A stretch of 64,000 bases of DNA from assembly GCF_006345805.1 (NCBI RefSeq), contig NC_043000.1, positions 100,378,001-100,442,000 of the forward strand, in the 5' to 3' direction. Below the pieces are notes generated by a model. It saw only the letters and a list, made by a program, of their open reading frames with translations. It was not told the origin of the DNA and searched no databases. A program made the translations under genes and the position numbers. Shown here piece by piece: positions 1-13,024 of the stretch. The first letter of the stretch is position 1. Every line of letters begins with the position of its first letter. The stretch is from Octopus sinensis (taxonomy: Eukaryota).

Positions 1-825
1 CTGTCTTGAAGATTATCCCTGTCTTTTTTGTTTTTTGTTTTAAAATCTTTTACGACTGAATTCCATTCTGTACATAGATACATACGATAGGTTTTCCTCG
101 TCCACAAGAGAAACATTATTAAAGCGAAAGTAAGATCAGGTATGTTGTAGAAAAATATTGTACTGTGTGACTAGTTTTATTTTTTCAGATAGGATGTACG
201 GGAGATAACTTCGGACATTTCATCCTAATTTGAAATCTTCGGTAGAAATATAATCTCGCCACTCAGTGATCTATATGTTGCTAATGAATAATTGAATATA
301 TACAAACAATGTCTCTGTGTATGACTTTAAAATTTAACCGGTAGAGGGGCTCTGGTTCGGGAGTTCTAGGGTTTTGAGGAGAATGGAACCACTTCTTTGA
401 AACTATACGAGTAGTTCCCAGGTCTTCTCTAACACGGAGTTGTAGCACGTTTTAGGCTCCAAGCTTAGGGTAAATTAGCTTATTAGGGCTTGCCTACTTA
501 TGCTTGGGACGATTAGATCCAGCGGACACTGTGAAGAAACCTTCATGGTTCAACAGAAAGAAAGGCGGCAGCAGCAACGCATTATGGAATATAGAGAGAA
601 AGATAAGGCAAGTAAAACATCTTGGTCGTTGACTGGATCTGTCTCCATCCCCAGTAATTTTGATCCTGTCTGGTTATTAGATTGCTTTGGGCACGGACGA
701 GAGAGCAACTTTAAAGCAAATTCGCCGCGCAAGTCATCAGTCATCCTCGAGGATGACTTGATGGTCCTCGTCGCTTCGACGGACTAACATATATGCAAAA
801 TGAAATATGTGATGGAAGAGAGTTA

Positions 826-828
<3 letters not shown>

Positions 829-868
<40 letters not shown>
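829..868. repeat. (GA)n microsatellite
   Basis: Pure AG dinucleotide run. Confidence 0.95.
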
Positions 869-871
<3 letters not shown>

Positions 872-1589
872 TTGGCAAAAAGAGTGAGAGAGAGAGCAGG
901 AGGTGGGAGAAAGAAGGAGAGTAAGAGAGAGAAGGTTGGAGAAAGAAAGTGAGAAAAAATATTTAGATATGAAATAATTCTCAAATAACGACTACATGAT
1001 AAACAAATAGTTAAGTGGTTGTAAACATTTTAAATACCTATTTTTTTTAATGGATGTTAATGCTTTAATGTCCGTGTTGTTATAATTCGCCAATGTTTGT
1101 GCTTTTCTCTTAATCTTGAGTTACTAAGAATTTTTTTTTTCATAATTATACATTAAAGCGAAATGCACTTCAAACTGAGTCGAAATTCCGTTATAGTAAA
1201 TTACAATTTTTAATGCTATATAATGGACAATCAACATGGTTATGTGGTTAAAAATTTAAATTTTTACTCTACGGTACTTTTGGTAAATTACTTATAATGT
1301 AGATCTGGATAAGCCAAAGCTTTGTATTTATAATTTAGTGGACGAATGGTGCGTATAATATCGTTGGCTGTATGTATGCATGTATGTAATTATTCAATTT
1401 TATTTCAAGATTTCTTGCCATTAGAGAAAGAGCCGGTCTCTAACCTAAATGAGGGTTCTTCATTGGAATTTCAACATTAACAGATATTTTTGCATGTATA
1501 TATGTATGTATATGTGCAGTGTTTGGAGTCAGTACAAGTGCTGATTTGTATTTTTTTGTTTTATGTATGCATTCTAACACATTATAGTT

Positions 1590-1960
1590 GCATGTCTAGA
1601 CATGCGCATATATACTTAAATGATAAACTTCTGAAAAGTTTTACAGATTTTTATAGTTCCAGTGATGTTTTTTTTTACAGTTCCAGTGATGGTTTTTTTT
1701 ACAGTTCCAGTGATGATTTTTTTCGATGACATTTTTGGGCAGCTGCTAATCACATGTTTGATGTCTTTTATATCAACATTACATAATCTACGTTTTCGAT
1801 TGTATCTTGAAGCACCAAATGCTTCACTGTCTTCGCATTTTCCTCTTTCTTCTGATTTTCCCCATTTTCTATAATTTTTTGTCTAAATTTCTGAGAAACT
1901 TAAGCTCAAAACATCGAATGCACCACTATTACATACTCCTCACTGAACGTCAAACTAATA
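1590..1960 (-). mobile_element. Degenerate 3' fragment of an R4/Dong-like non-LTR retrotransposon
   Basis: Minus strand gives DIKHVISSCPKMSS (zinc-knuckle-like) and ITGTIKICKTFQKF*, typical of the ORF end in this clade; internally deleted. Confidence 0.6.
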
Positions 1961-1975
1961 ATCACACATTGTAAA

Positions 1976-2190
1976 GACGGCGAGTTGCCAAGATCTTTAG
2001 CCAGCCGAGTTTAATGCTTAGCGGCATTTCGTCCGTCTTAACGTTCTGAGTTCAACTTCTTCGAAGGTCGACTTTGCCTTTCATCTTTTCGGGGTCAATA
2101 AAATAAGTACCAGTTGAACACTGGAGTCTGTATAGTCAACTTATCTCCTTTCCGAAACTGCTGGCTTTGTGGCAAAATTTGAAATCAATA
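1976..2190 (+). mobile_element. tRNA-headed SINE, family A (tail type ii)
   Basis: ggcgagttg head and core gttctgagttcaa..ggtcgactttgcctttcatc..cggggtcaataaaataagtacc shared with about 8 other copies in the window. Confidence 0.85.
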
Positions 2191-2313
2191 ACTACACGTT
2201 GTTCTCATTTTAATTTTTCGTGTTTTTAATGCTCATTGTTATTTTGCGCATGCGCTCACCCACATAATTACAGGTACACGTGTGAGCTCCTACATACCAC
2301 GCACACACACACG

Positions 2314-2354
<41 letters not shown>

Positions 2355-2523
2355 TTGCATCAGAAGGTAAAGTGATCTGTGTTGAATGAAAATACCTTAC
2401 AGTATTTCTATCGATCTCGGTTGTCTCATCTTATGTATAGTTGATTTCGCCATCCGTTTTCCTTAGAAATCGATAAAATAAATACAAAGAAAAAAAAAAC
2501 ATTGTGATTAATATAATAATATA

Positions 2524-2739
2524 AGAGAGGATGCTGAAAAGTTCCTGGCTTTAAGGGTATCGCGAAAGACCTGGTTTTAGGTCCAACCTTTCGAGTTCTT
2601 TTACAAGGCTGAGAAAAACTGAAGGACCGCCGCAATAAGTGGGTGAATCTAAGAGGGGAATATGTTGAATAAAATCATAATTAACTGATCCTCTTGTATT
2701 TTATTTTACTCAAAGTCAGGCATTTTTCAACGCCCCTCG
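2524..2739. mobile_element. Mariner-type MITE
   Basis: Imperfect TIRs agagaggatgctgaaaagttcctggcttt / aaagtcaggcatttttcaacgcccctcg, with TA on both sides. Confidence 0.8.
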
Positions 2740-3426
2740 TATACCCTCGCAGCCTGTGACTCAGCATGTCCTCTGTTCGATACATGGAACCACTAAAAAA
2801 AAAAAAAAAAAAAAAATTGAATCGGTCCGAAATCCTGATGTCATTCAATTTCGGCGCTTCAAAATTAATGCGATTCCTTTTATTTTACAAATTTCTTTCG
2901 TGTCTTCGAACTCTTACAAAAACTAAAAGCACTGGTAGATTTGATGGCAGGGTCAACCAAGCATCGACCTTGTGATATTCTTTTCACCCCTTTCTGTTCT
3001 GACTTAAAATTATAGTTCAACAGTACCTTTTGTCTTGCTGAGATCGATAAAATAAATACGAACCATATGTTAGAGCTGATATATGCAACAATAACTTTAA
3101 TGGTAGTGCTTCCGCATGCTCTTGGTTCAATAAATGAAAGCAATAAAAAAAACACAGCATTAGAAAGAACAAAGAAAAAGAACAATGCACGACGTAGTTG
3201 GTCGCTATGTATATAACAACAAATGTTAGTTCTATAAAATTAGCAGTGACTAAGAGAAATAAAAATAAAGTTAACTTGATAGATTATATTTTTTGAACTA
3301 TAAACTTTGACTTTTCGTGTATTTGTTTGCTACACTGTATTTCAATTAGTTAGATTTTAGATCGCCTTGATGTGTCATAATTTTTTTTCAGTTACAGACA
3401 TACGCACACATATATGCGCATATTGC

Positions 3427-3472
<46 letters not shown>

Positions 3473-3475
3473 AAC

Positions 3476-3502
<27 letters not shown>

Positions 3503-3512
<10 letters not shown>

Positions 3513-3810
3513 AATTAAGGACTGAACACGAAAAGTGGACAGTCAACATGCTAGATATAGACGTCAAATCGCCATTCACCACAAAAGATTATGTTCTCAG
3601 ATCAAACTCAGCACAGTGTGCTGAGTTTGATCTGAGAACATAATCTTTTGTGGTGAATGGCGATTTGACGTCTATATCTAGCATGTTGACTGTCCACTTT
3701 TCGTGTTCAGTCCTTAATTGGTATATATAAATATTTTAATCTTCGGATTCTTTTTTAATATGCTAGACCACTGGTCTTAATTGATAAATATCAATTTCTA
3801 CCCTTAATTG

Positions 3811-3815
<5 letters not shown>
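3503..3815. mobile_element. (TA)n-embedded fold-back element: perfect palindrome 3503-3729 plus one-sided tail
   Basis: Arms 3511-3615 and 3617-3721 are exact reverse complements around a single G at 3616; tail 3730-3815; (TA)n on both sides. Confidence 0.9.
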
Positions 3816-3845
<30 letters not shown>

Positions 3846-4049
3846 GTGTATGTATGTGTATATATATATGTATGTATACATACACGCACACACATATATA
3901 TATATATAAATACATATATATACATATATATATATATCTTAATAGATAGGTTGTTATACAAACGAAGGAAAATAGAAGTAAAAATATGTTATGAGAGTTG
4001 AAATTATTTAAAACTTTGACTTAGCCCCAACATTACCTAGAGTTTCGTA

Positions 4050-6000
4050 GACGTTGATAACGGTTCAAGTTCACTGATGTCTAGAGTGAGAGTGAGAAGA
4101 AAGTGACCACAGTTTGTATATGATAATACGTAGTGAAGAAGACAGTCTTGTTTCATTAGATGGTATACATTAGTAGTATTTGATAACTAGTAGTATTTGA
4201 TAACTTAGGAGGAGAAGTAACAGATGTCCCATGTGGAAAGGTTTATTAGTTTGGAGATGCTCGGTTTATAATCTATCATCCTGATGCTGACGTCATCTAC
4301 ATAAGCTAACGTAGACTTCTTGTGTCCAAGCTAGAGAGGGATATCACTCGACCTTTTCAGCTTCTTCAGCAGTCGCTCGAGAGCTAGCACATACATACGA
4401 GAGGAAAAGGGACATCATTGACAGACCGACTGTGTGATGCGAAATAGTTCCGAGAAGTGGCCGTTTACTTTGTTCCTTGAATAATCTCTAAACTGGGTCC
4501 GGACCCAGTCGTTTTCAACATGATCTTTAAATAACGACGGTCAAGATTATAGAAAGCATTTCATTGATCCAAATTGATTATGGTTCCGCAGAACCAGCTT
4601 TATTCCAAACCCTCTCTATGGTGTAACGCATGAAGTGGAGGTTTTGACGAATGGACCTGCTTGGATTCGCGCACGTTTGTACTTCCTCGACCAAGCCTCA
4701 GACGATAAGTGCAAAACTTTTTACTAACATCTAAGCTAAAATATTAAACTCTGAATCAGTAGAGTTATCTACTACGTTTCCGTCTTCGGCGTCCTTTCTC
4801 GGCAGTGAGGCCACTCACCATTGACTGGTGTTGAATAGAAGTCCTTTCTATACCTGTCGCAGTCGATGTCTGCCAATATATTGCCAAACAAGTCTGGTAC
4901 ATATTCGTAACACACACCAGGAAAAACATTTAAACGGGGCGATTTTCGTCCTAAGCAACCACTCAGCACATTCCGCATTTCAGTAACTGCTATCGCTTTT
5001 TATTTATAGCACCTTGCATCTTATGTCCCGAGTCGCGGCAAGTAATTGACGCAGGCACTACAGTTCACCAACTTCTCCGACCCACCACTCACCTCGAACA
5101 CTTAAGCAAAGTGTTGTGGGCACGCTGCACACATATGCTCAGAACATAGTAGCAAACACCCGTCTCAGTTCAGCAAAAAACCGGCTTGTGATTTTGCTAT
5201 CATGCCGCACATTCGCCAGCGGAGCTCATCGGGTACTTTTTATTCCCATGCCCGGAACCTTTATTCTGAATCCGTAGTCTTTGCGTTATTCGTTGAATGA
5301 ACCATTTATGTCACTTTGTGTCGATCGCCATGCTTCTTCTAATCGCCTCTTGTAGATTACCAACTAATTCTCTCTCAACTATATTTCTCCCTGTCACTGG
5401 TGTTTTGCTGAATTATATTGATTCTGATCTAATTGTCGTCTTCAGAGCGTCTCACCATCAGTGTTTGACGATTACCTCAGTCAATTGTCGCTCAATAATC
5501 CGTTAATCTAGTGGCTGTAGTCTTGTGCACCGGTAAAGACGCAGACGCATTCAACTTCTAATAACAGGATCCTTGTCTTAGGATCCTGTCTAAATCGACA
5601 GTGCAGATGACAAATTTGTTATTTGTGTAGCGGCGCTGTTTGTATTGTGAATATCTTAAACTATTATATCTGTTTACCTATCAAAAAGACAAAAAAAATT
5701 TCAAATCCGACCTGGATGATCCGCTATGCTTGCTCTATGTCTTCGCTGGTGTATTCACGAAATTCTGTCGATATTTGTCAGATATTTGGAAACGTCTGAC
5801 CAAATTTTCGAAGCTTTCACCCCTTCTCCGCTCTCGCCCCATAAAATGCTACCGTGTGTCTCAGTTAAGCGGAGCCGGTGCGCAATAATACCGTCGAGAG
5901 CAAGGCCCCGAAACGGTGAGCATTCACTCCTGCGTGTTAGCATCCGGTATGCAGAGCTTTCAACTAGTAGCACTTGCATCTGCAAGTTATTTGCATGAAA
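4050..6000 (-). mobile_element. Degenerate L1/Tx1-clade LINE ORF2 (RT region)
   Basis: Minus-strand motifs INLDQ*NAFYNLDRRYL, KVNGHFSELFRITQSVCQ*CPFS..YVLALERLL and AYVDDVSI; many stops; boundaries approximate. Confidence 0.75.
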
Positions 6001-6410
6001 TCTATACTGTTTTTTTCTCTCATCCTATCGTCTTGTTATGCCTTGTGTGCACACTTTGAGGATTGCGTGAAGGCATCAGACGTGTTAAAAAAATGCTGTC
6101 TGAGATGTTTTCATCGCATGAAATTAATAGTAGGTCAAAGAAAAATTAAATATTGTGTTTATTAAATAATATTTATCTCTCACCAAATGGTGTACTTTTT
6201 TTGTTGATCTTACTATCACGGAATAGTACATTATATATATATATAAATTCGAAAGAAACACTTTTTATCAATTCAAAATGAACAATTAAATTACACAATC
6301 TAGAAAATTACATATAATAGAAATATTAAATATAAAATAACAATAATATACCGATGATTAAGTAATGTGCAAAATGATAAATAGAACGTATATATTTGGT
6401 ATATATATAT

Positions 6411-6478
6411 ATAGGTAAAAAGCAACAAGAATGGATCAATATATCGGTACAATTGTTTCGTACGAGGACATCTTTAAT
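6411..6478 (-). mobile_element. Minimal PLE-end remnant with partial hammerhead (GAAA-CAATTG-TA)
   Basis: About 65 bp between two (TA)n runs; GAAA, palindromic stem III and GUA are present, 5' core is damaged. Confidence 0.4.
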
Positions 6479-6760
6479 ATATATATATGTATGTATGTTT
6501 GTATGTATGTATGCTTATGTGTTGTGCATAAACATGCATACAAATACATATAGGAATACGCCTGTATGTAAGATGTGAATATTGAAGCAGGTAAATATAG
6601 GTTATCTGCCTGTGAACGGAATGCTGACCAATTTAACAACCAGCATAACAGAAGTATACCAGACAAATACACGAAATGTGAATATTAATAGTTGTTCAAA
6701 AATGTATATTTTCCAACAAAGAGCTTGTTTTTCCATTCATTGTATGTATCAAATCTATAC

Positions 6761-6857
<97 letters not shown>
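6761..6857. repeat. (CA)n microsatellite
   Basis: Pure CA run. Confidence 0.95.
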
Positions 6858-6859
<2 letters not shown>

Positions 6860-6919
6860 AAGCACGCGTTCAAATATGCAGAGATTGACAGACTGATAGA
6901 TACATTCTGCTAATAAAAT

Positions 6920-7260
6920 CTGTTGTATATGTAGATTTATTCAAGGTTTGCCAAGGTTGGGTAGCTCGAAAGAATATGGTCGATTGTTTCTTTGTAGTCT
7001 CTATACAGTTTCTACAAATGCTGTTGGTCTATATTTGTATTCTTGAAATAGTTCTTGGTTTCTAAATACTATCATTTATTTTGTTTGCACTTTGAAGAAA
7101 CCATAAATTTTAACTATATATCGGTAGATTTTTTTTCAAATATTGGAATTCTATTCTGAAATTGAATATCAGAATTCTACTCTTCTAAACAAAATTGTGC
7201 TTTTTCTGGTCTCTGGTGTTATTTGAAGTTAAATAATATATAGATAAATAAATATATATA
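6920..7260 (-). mobile_element. R4/Dong-like LINE fragment
   Basis: ETIDHILSSYPTLA resembles the ETIDHIxSGCPxLA knuckle region. Confidence 0.45.
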
Positions 7261-7290
7261 AGTCAGGGGTTATAGACATTTACACTTTTT

Positions 7291-7329
<39 letters not shown>

Positions 7330-7461
7330 CACATTCACACACTCACGTGTTTGTGTATTCATACATACATATATTTGGTAATGTCATTTTACAGTTTATA
7401 TGCATAGTTTCTGAAAACTCGAATATCATCGTTTCTATAATGATTATTGTTTCTCTCGCTG

Positions 7462-7504
<43 letters not shown>

Positions 7505-7528
7505 GTCGTCGTCGTCGTCGTCGTCGTC
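7462..7528. repeat. (TCA)n(TCG)n compound trinucleotide repeat
   Basis: Seen directly. Confidence 0.95.
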
Positions 7529-8151
7529 AAATTTATCTTGTTTACCTCTTGTACTAAAGTCAGTGTGTTCATGTACATTGGTGTTTTTTTTTTACTGTCT
7601 TGTTAATACAGTTAAGATTTATGCTTTTAAACGTTAAAATAAAATAACCTTTTTATACGTATTTTGTAAACTTCTTCGTGGTTTTTGGTTTTTGTGCTAC
7701 TTCGTTTTTCTTCTAAAAAGCTATTTTCGTACTTTTGTATGTTTCTCAGAGTTGAAGCCATCTTGACTTATAGGTAAACAAAACAGGAATATGAAATATC
7801 CGAATATGAGAGATCTTACGTCTCCCAAATGCAGGAGTCGATATTCAACGTGTCACAATAAATTTCCTATTGGAAATGATCTTTTAAATTAAAAAAAAAA
7901 CATCCAAAATTCTTGTAAACTTTTATAACACGTCTGTACATTGGAAAGGGAGCAACAAGGGCAACAAATTGATGTGGGGCAGAGATCCAATGCTATAAAT
8001 ATATGGTTTCTTGTCGAAAATTATCAGGAAAAGAAATATGAAGAATTCTACCCGAGAAAAAATATTTTTTAAGTTGTCATCGGTTAAAAAAATAATAAAT
8101 TATCACTGGGAAAGTAAAGCAAATTTATCGCTGGGAAATAAAAGCAACATT

Positions 8152-8229
<78 letters not shown>
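8152..8229. repeat. (TAC)n microsatellite
   Basis: Seen directly. Confidence 0.95.
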
Positions 8230-8257
8230 AACATTATATCATGTTATTACTATACTT

Positions 8258-8399
8258 CCCATTGTAGGCACAAGACCCGCAACCATGTGGAAGAGGCCAG
8301 TTGATTACATCGACCCCAGTGCATAACTGGTATTTATTGCATCGACCCCGAAAGGCGCAAAGGCACAAATCGATCTCGGCGGAATTTGAACTCAGAAGT
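8258..8399 (-). mobile_element. SINE family A, 5'-truncated (tail ii)
   Basis: Reverse complement of the shared core (ctcggcggaatttgaactcagaa). Confidence 0.8.
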
Positions 8400-8544
8400 A
8401 CTTGATATTCTTACCATATTGTACATCAATTCTATCAACTTCAACAGTTTTTTTCCATGCTTCACATGCTTCTCGATGCCAAATGCCATTTCAATTTTAC
8501 TACTGAATATTCGTATTTTCACCAATTATTTTTTTTTTGATACT

Positions 8545-8950
8545 TGTCATTACCATATAGACTAAAATCGGTATAAACTAAAATTTGGAATAAAAGTTTT
8601 TTCCATATTCTTAATCTCCGTATTTTTCCACATAGATTGAAAAAAAAACTGAAAAAGTTATAAATCTAAATTTGGTGGGAGTGGGGAATTCAAAGTTTTG
8701 AAAACATGTTTTTTTTTTGCATATTGGGAATATTCGTCATCAAAAACATAGGAATCCGTTGAAAAAAAAAAAGATCAGAAGGGTTGTAGGGTGGGGGGAG
8801 CTACATCCCCCTATATAGGTAAGGGCCAAAATTTGCCCCCCCCCGAACCTTCCCCGAATAATGAAAAACCTTCATGCCAAATTCAGTACAGATTGATCTA
8901 GCGGTGTGGTCGTTAATGGAGGACACACAGTGAATTTTATATGTATAAAT
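8545..8950 (-). mobile_element. Helentron/DINE-like non-autonomous element (probable)
   Basis: Minus-strand 5' end tttatacatataaaattcactgtgtgt and 3' end ggtaatgacaagt resemble the elements at 15635 and 35479. Confidence 0.45.
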
Positions 8951-8954
8951 GAGA

Positions 8955-9270
8955 TAATTTTGAACATTTGTAGAAAGAGAATGAACAATTTGCGGATCGA
9001 TTATAAAAAGGCATTCAATCTCATTGGTGGAAGAGTCTTCCAAGGAGGCTCCTCTGCTTTGTTTGTAAAAGCGTCCAGTTTTTTGGCGGCTATTATAAAT
9101 AAAGCTAAGGAAGGATTATCCACTGGGAATGAATAAAGCAAAAGTGATTCTCCAAATTTTCATGGCTGTTTTAATGCATTATAGTAAAAACAAGAATGAA
9201 GTGGAAATTTTGATGGAAACGGTAAAAATATTTATTAATGGCATTGGGGTGACATTGGTCAAACTGACTT
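8955..9270 (+). mobile_element. R4/Dong-like RT fragment
   Basis: IDYKKAFN, FQGGSS and a degenerate MDDLKLYSKNKNEVEILMETVKIF-like stretch. Confidence 0.6.
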
Positions 9271-9329
9271 TTTTAATGAATTAACGAGAGAAACCCTCTA
9301 CTTTCGAAAATAACTGCAAAATTTCTTAT

Positions 9330-10080
9330 TGATTCTACCTAGCCGTCTGAAAAACAAGATACATAGTTCTAGATGCACAATGACTAAAAGAAAAAGATAC
9401 CAAGGTCATGTTCATGTGTGTTTTCAGTATTTATTTTTCAGTGTCGGATTATCAAATAGAATCGATTTTTGCAATCGTTTGTGGTCAGTTGTTTTCTGGT
9501 ACTCATTGCATTGACTGTACCAAATATTTTCATTTGATGGCTTATATTTTGAAATAATTTATTGTGCTTAACAGTCTTGCAATCTTGTTCTGCGATTATA
9601 AAGCTTTGTGTTTCAGCTTTTAAACTAATGCTGTTGGTTCGCTATGCTTGGCTACCTTTATCGTTAATCTTAGATCTGTCGACTTTTCTTGGATTTCTTA
9701 GCTTGTATTTCTATTTAGATGTATATACAAGTCAATTCTGTCCTTATTTGCTTAACTTTTTCAGTCGATATTATATTTCCATCGTACGCTAAATCTATAT
9801 TTCAGAATTCTATATTTTATCCAATGACATTCTTATCTGTCGGAGATCAAATTATAAAAGTATGCTAGAAGGATCAAGAAACCACCATTTGCTTATTTAT
9901 TTACCTATTTATTCTGATTAAGTTATCTTTCATTGCACCATTAACGTTTCCTCATCCATCTCCTGATTCTGATGTTCTTCACTTTAAATCTTTATTTTGT
10001 TTTAGTTGAATTAGTATTAGAATGGTTTCTATTTTCGGTAAGTTAACTTTCTTAGTTAAGCAATAGTTATTCTAAATAAT
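9330..10080 (-). mobile_element. R4/Dong-like ORF C-terminal fragment
   Basis: LKAETQSFIIAEQD matches the LKAETEGxxIAAQDQ motif of this clade. Confidence 0.55.
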
Positions 10081-10189
10081 TCGTTATTTGAATGAGTCCT
10101 TCAGCTGCTCCTTCGCCCTTTCTTTCTTTATCCCCCTCTCCTTTTAATTGCTCATCCTATTCCTTCTCCTTCCTCTTTTCCACGTCCTC

Positions 10190-10191
10190 CA

Positions 10192-10222
<31 letters not shown>

Positions 10223-10312
10223 CTTCTTCTTCTTCTTTTTCTTTTTCTTTTTCTTTTTTTTTTTCTTCTTCTTCTTCTTCTTCTTCTTCTTCTTCTTCTT
10301 CTTCTTCTTCTT
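10190..10312. repeat. (TTC)n microsatellite
   Basis: Seen directly. Confidence 0.95.
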
Positions 10313-10963
10313 GTTTCTCTCCAGGAGGTTTATATCACTTCCACATCATATTTTAAAATCTATCATTAATGTTCATTGAAAAATTAATCTACGAGATTTT
10401 GTTCCCTTAATTAGCATTCTAATACACTGAATTGCAATCAATGTGTTTATTAATTATTTTGCTTTTACCCCCCCCCCTCATACAAACGTAACAGTATTCT
10501 GTTTTTTATTTTTTACTTTCCCCCTTTACCTGCTACATATTGCTTTAACTAAGTCATTCGCTTTTACAAATGCGTTCTTGCTTTTTATAAATATAGAGAT
10601 ATATCTTTTGGAGATTTGACTCAATGGCTGATATATTTCCTATCTAATATTCCTTTATTTTTATGTAGTTTGTGTTTTATTTTAATCTCTATATCTAACT
10701 TAATTTCTCAAAGATATCTCATAATCTTTCTTCATTTTCAATAATTCCTTTTAAAAATTTCTTCATGTATTTTATCGATAAGAAATTATATATTTTTTCA
10801 TTATTATCTTTATCAATATATTTATTATTCATAGCTTGGAGAAATATATCAAGAGTTTTCTTTCTACATGGTGAAATGGTATTGCTTGAAATATAATCGT
10901 AAAAAATGTCCGTGGTTAACAAATACTATGCAATATTGTCATATCAATATGTACTAATCTATA

Positions 10964-11312
10964 GGGCGGCGAGCTGGCAGAATCGTTAGCACGCCGGGCG
11001 AAATGCATAGCCGTATTTCGTCTGCCGCTACGTTTTGAGTTCAAATTCCGCCGAGGTCGACTTTGCTTTCCATCCTTTCGGGGTCGATTAAATAAGTATC
11101 AGTTACGCACTGGGGTCGATATAATCGACTTAATCCGTTTGTCTGTCCTTGTTTGCCCTGTCTGTGTTTAGCCCCTTGTGGATAGTAAAGAAATTGGTAT
11201 TTCATCTGCTGTTTCGTTCTGAGTTCAAATTCCGCCGAGGTCGAGTTAATCCCTTTGTCTGTCCTTGTTTGTGCCCTCTATGTTTAGCGCCCTGTGAGCA
11301 ATAAAGAAATAA
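10964..11312 (+). mobile_element. SINE family A, dimeric (tail i)
   Basis: Full head ggcggcgagctggcagaatcgttagc, body, tail, then a second body and tail; tactaatc occurs on both flanks (possible TSD). Confidence 0.9.
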
Positions 11313-11399
11313 ATATTTACTAATCCTAGTGTTGCTGGCTATTTTCTGGACCGTATCCATCTATCCTTTTAGGTAGTATGTTAATGAATTTAGAAAAAT

Positions 11400-11750
11400 G
11401 TGAAGGCGCATAGCACAGTGGTTAGGATGTTGCACTCACGATTGCAAGATTGTGGTTTCGATTCTCAAATCGGCAGTGTGTTGTGTTCTAGAGCAAGACA
11501 CTTCCTTTCACGATACCCCAGTCCTCTCAGCTGTAACCGGGTAATCCGTTCGAGGTGGGCGGATGTTGGCCTGCTCGACCAACCAATAGTATGGAAAAAT
11601 TCATGAGCTACAGCAATGGGTGTAAGTGCAGTGATACCAGCGATGTAATAACAACATCCGATAAGTTGCTTGATTCATCCTTTCGGAGTCGATAAGTTAA
11701 GTAAATGTTGCGTACTGGGATCGATCTAATTGCGAGCCTTGTACCTAGAG
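11400..11750 (+). mobile_element. tRNA-headed SINE, family C (degenerate)
   Basis: ggcgcatagcacagtggttagg A-box-like and ggtttcgattctc B-box-like head, then gagcaagacact. Confidence 0.65.
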
Positions 11751-12090
11751 TAAAAACGAATATTATACGAATTCTATTATATGAACACCCAAGTATTAAT
11801 TTTTTTTTTTTTAAATAGTGAGAATGATACGTATAAAAAATACGTCTGGTTTAATCTCATGCTTTTCGTTTTATTTCTGGGTCTCGACATTGTACTCCAA
11901 ACGTTTATCTATTTTCTTAGCTCTGTATTCAGTAATCAAACCTCATACCAGGAAGGCTCGGTTAGTAACTATTCTTCTCTTACGAAATTGCATTGCTTTT
12001 AAAGCAATATTTGCCATACGGAATTTTTGAAAACACTTCGAAGCCAACTTATTTTCTTTGGAAAAATAAGTTGGCTTACATATATATATA

Positions 12091-12130
<40 letters not shown>

Positions 12131-12132
<2 letters not shown>

Positions 12133-12262
12133 GACGGGCTTCTTTCAGTTTCCGTCTACCAAATCCATTTACAAAGCTTTGGTCGGCCGGCCCAAGGGGC
12201 CTGAACTCGTAAGCATATGGTTGGGAAGCAAGCTTCTTATCACACAGCTACGCCTGCGCTAT
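12131..12262 (-). mobile_element. SINE family B, partial
   Basis: cgacgggcttctttcagtttccgtctaccaaatcc shared with copies at 50078 and 50797. Confidence 0.85.
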
Positions 12263-12379
12263 ATAAAACATAATTCCAAATAGTTTTATTATAACTGGTC
12301 AACCATGACATAACCTCACATCAACAAGTATATGAAAACCAAATATTTGCATATGCAAACACACACACACAAACACACA

Positions 12380-12417
<38 letters not shown>

Positions 12418-13024
12418 TATATTTAAAAGCATCATGCCTCCATGCAATACTCTAAAATCTTTAATTAGATTAACAAACGTTTTCTATGAGTCATTCCTGA
12501 ATCATTCAGTTACGAAAAATCATTTACAGTAGACGTATCCTTAATTAATTTTTTTTACAGGTAAAAATCTCTCAAAAATCTATTTAAAAATTCTCTATTA
12601 ACTTAGAAAACTTACAGACACATTACCATAAAAGGCATACCAAAACGAACTTGAGCAAGAAAAAAAAAAAAAAGAAAAAGGCAAACAAAATTTAACAACT
12701 TGATAAAATAACAGTCTTAAGCAAATTAACTGATGAATCTAGAAGGGATGAACAAATTAAAAACATTGCATCTCACCAACAACTGCAAAAATATAAGCAC
12801 TACGCGACACACAAGGACAAACATACAAAATAACCAATGAAGTATCAGAAAAATAATCAGTCATTAAGTGCAAAACGCGAACCGGGTAACAAATACAAGT
12901 ATGAGACTACATGCATACTCACACCAGCGAATGTAAATATTCTACCAAAGCCGAGTTTTAATGCCTGGAGATGGCATTGGCGTGAAGTTTGAGTCGCGTG
13001 ATTAATTTTTATTTTCTATATACC

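Noticed and set aside
500-787. 95-aa and 64-aa overlapping ORFs
   Set aside because: No recognisable domain or convincing splice context; cannot be supported as an exon without homology or expression data.
10964-11050. tRNA-like sequences at SINE heads
   Set aside because: They continue into SINE bodies and do not give a complete cloverleaf; not tRNA genes.
12730-12765. CTGATGA-atc..gat-GAAC motif
   Set aside because: GAAC core, no stem III or stem I; likely chance in A-rich sequence.
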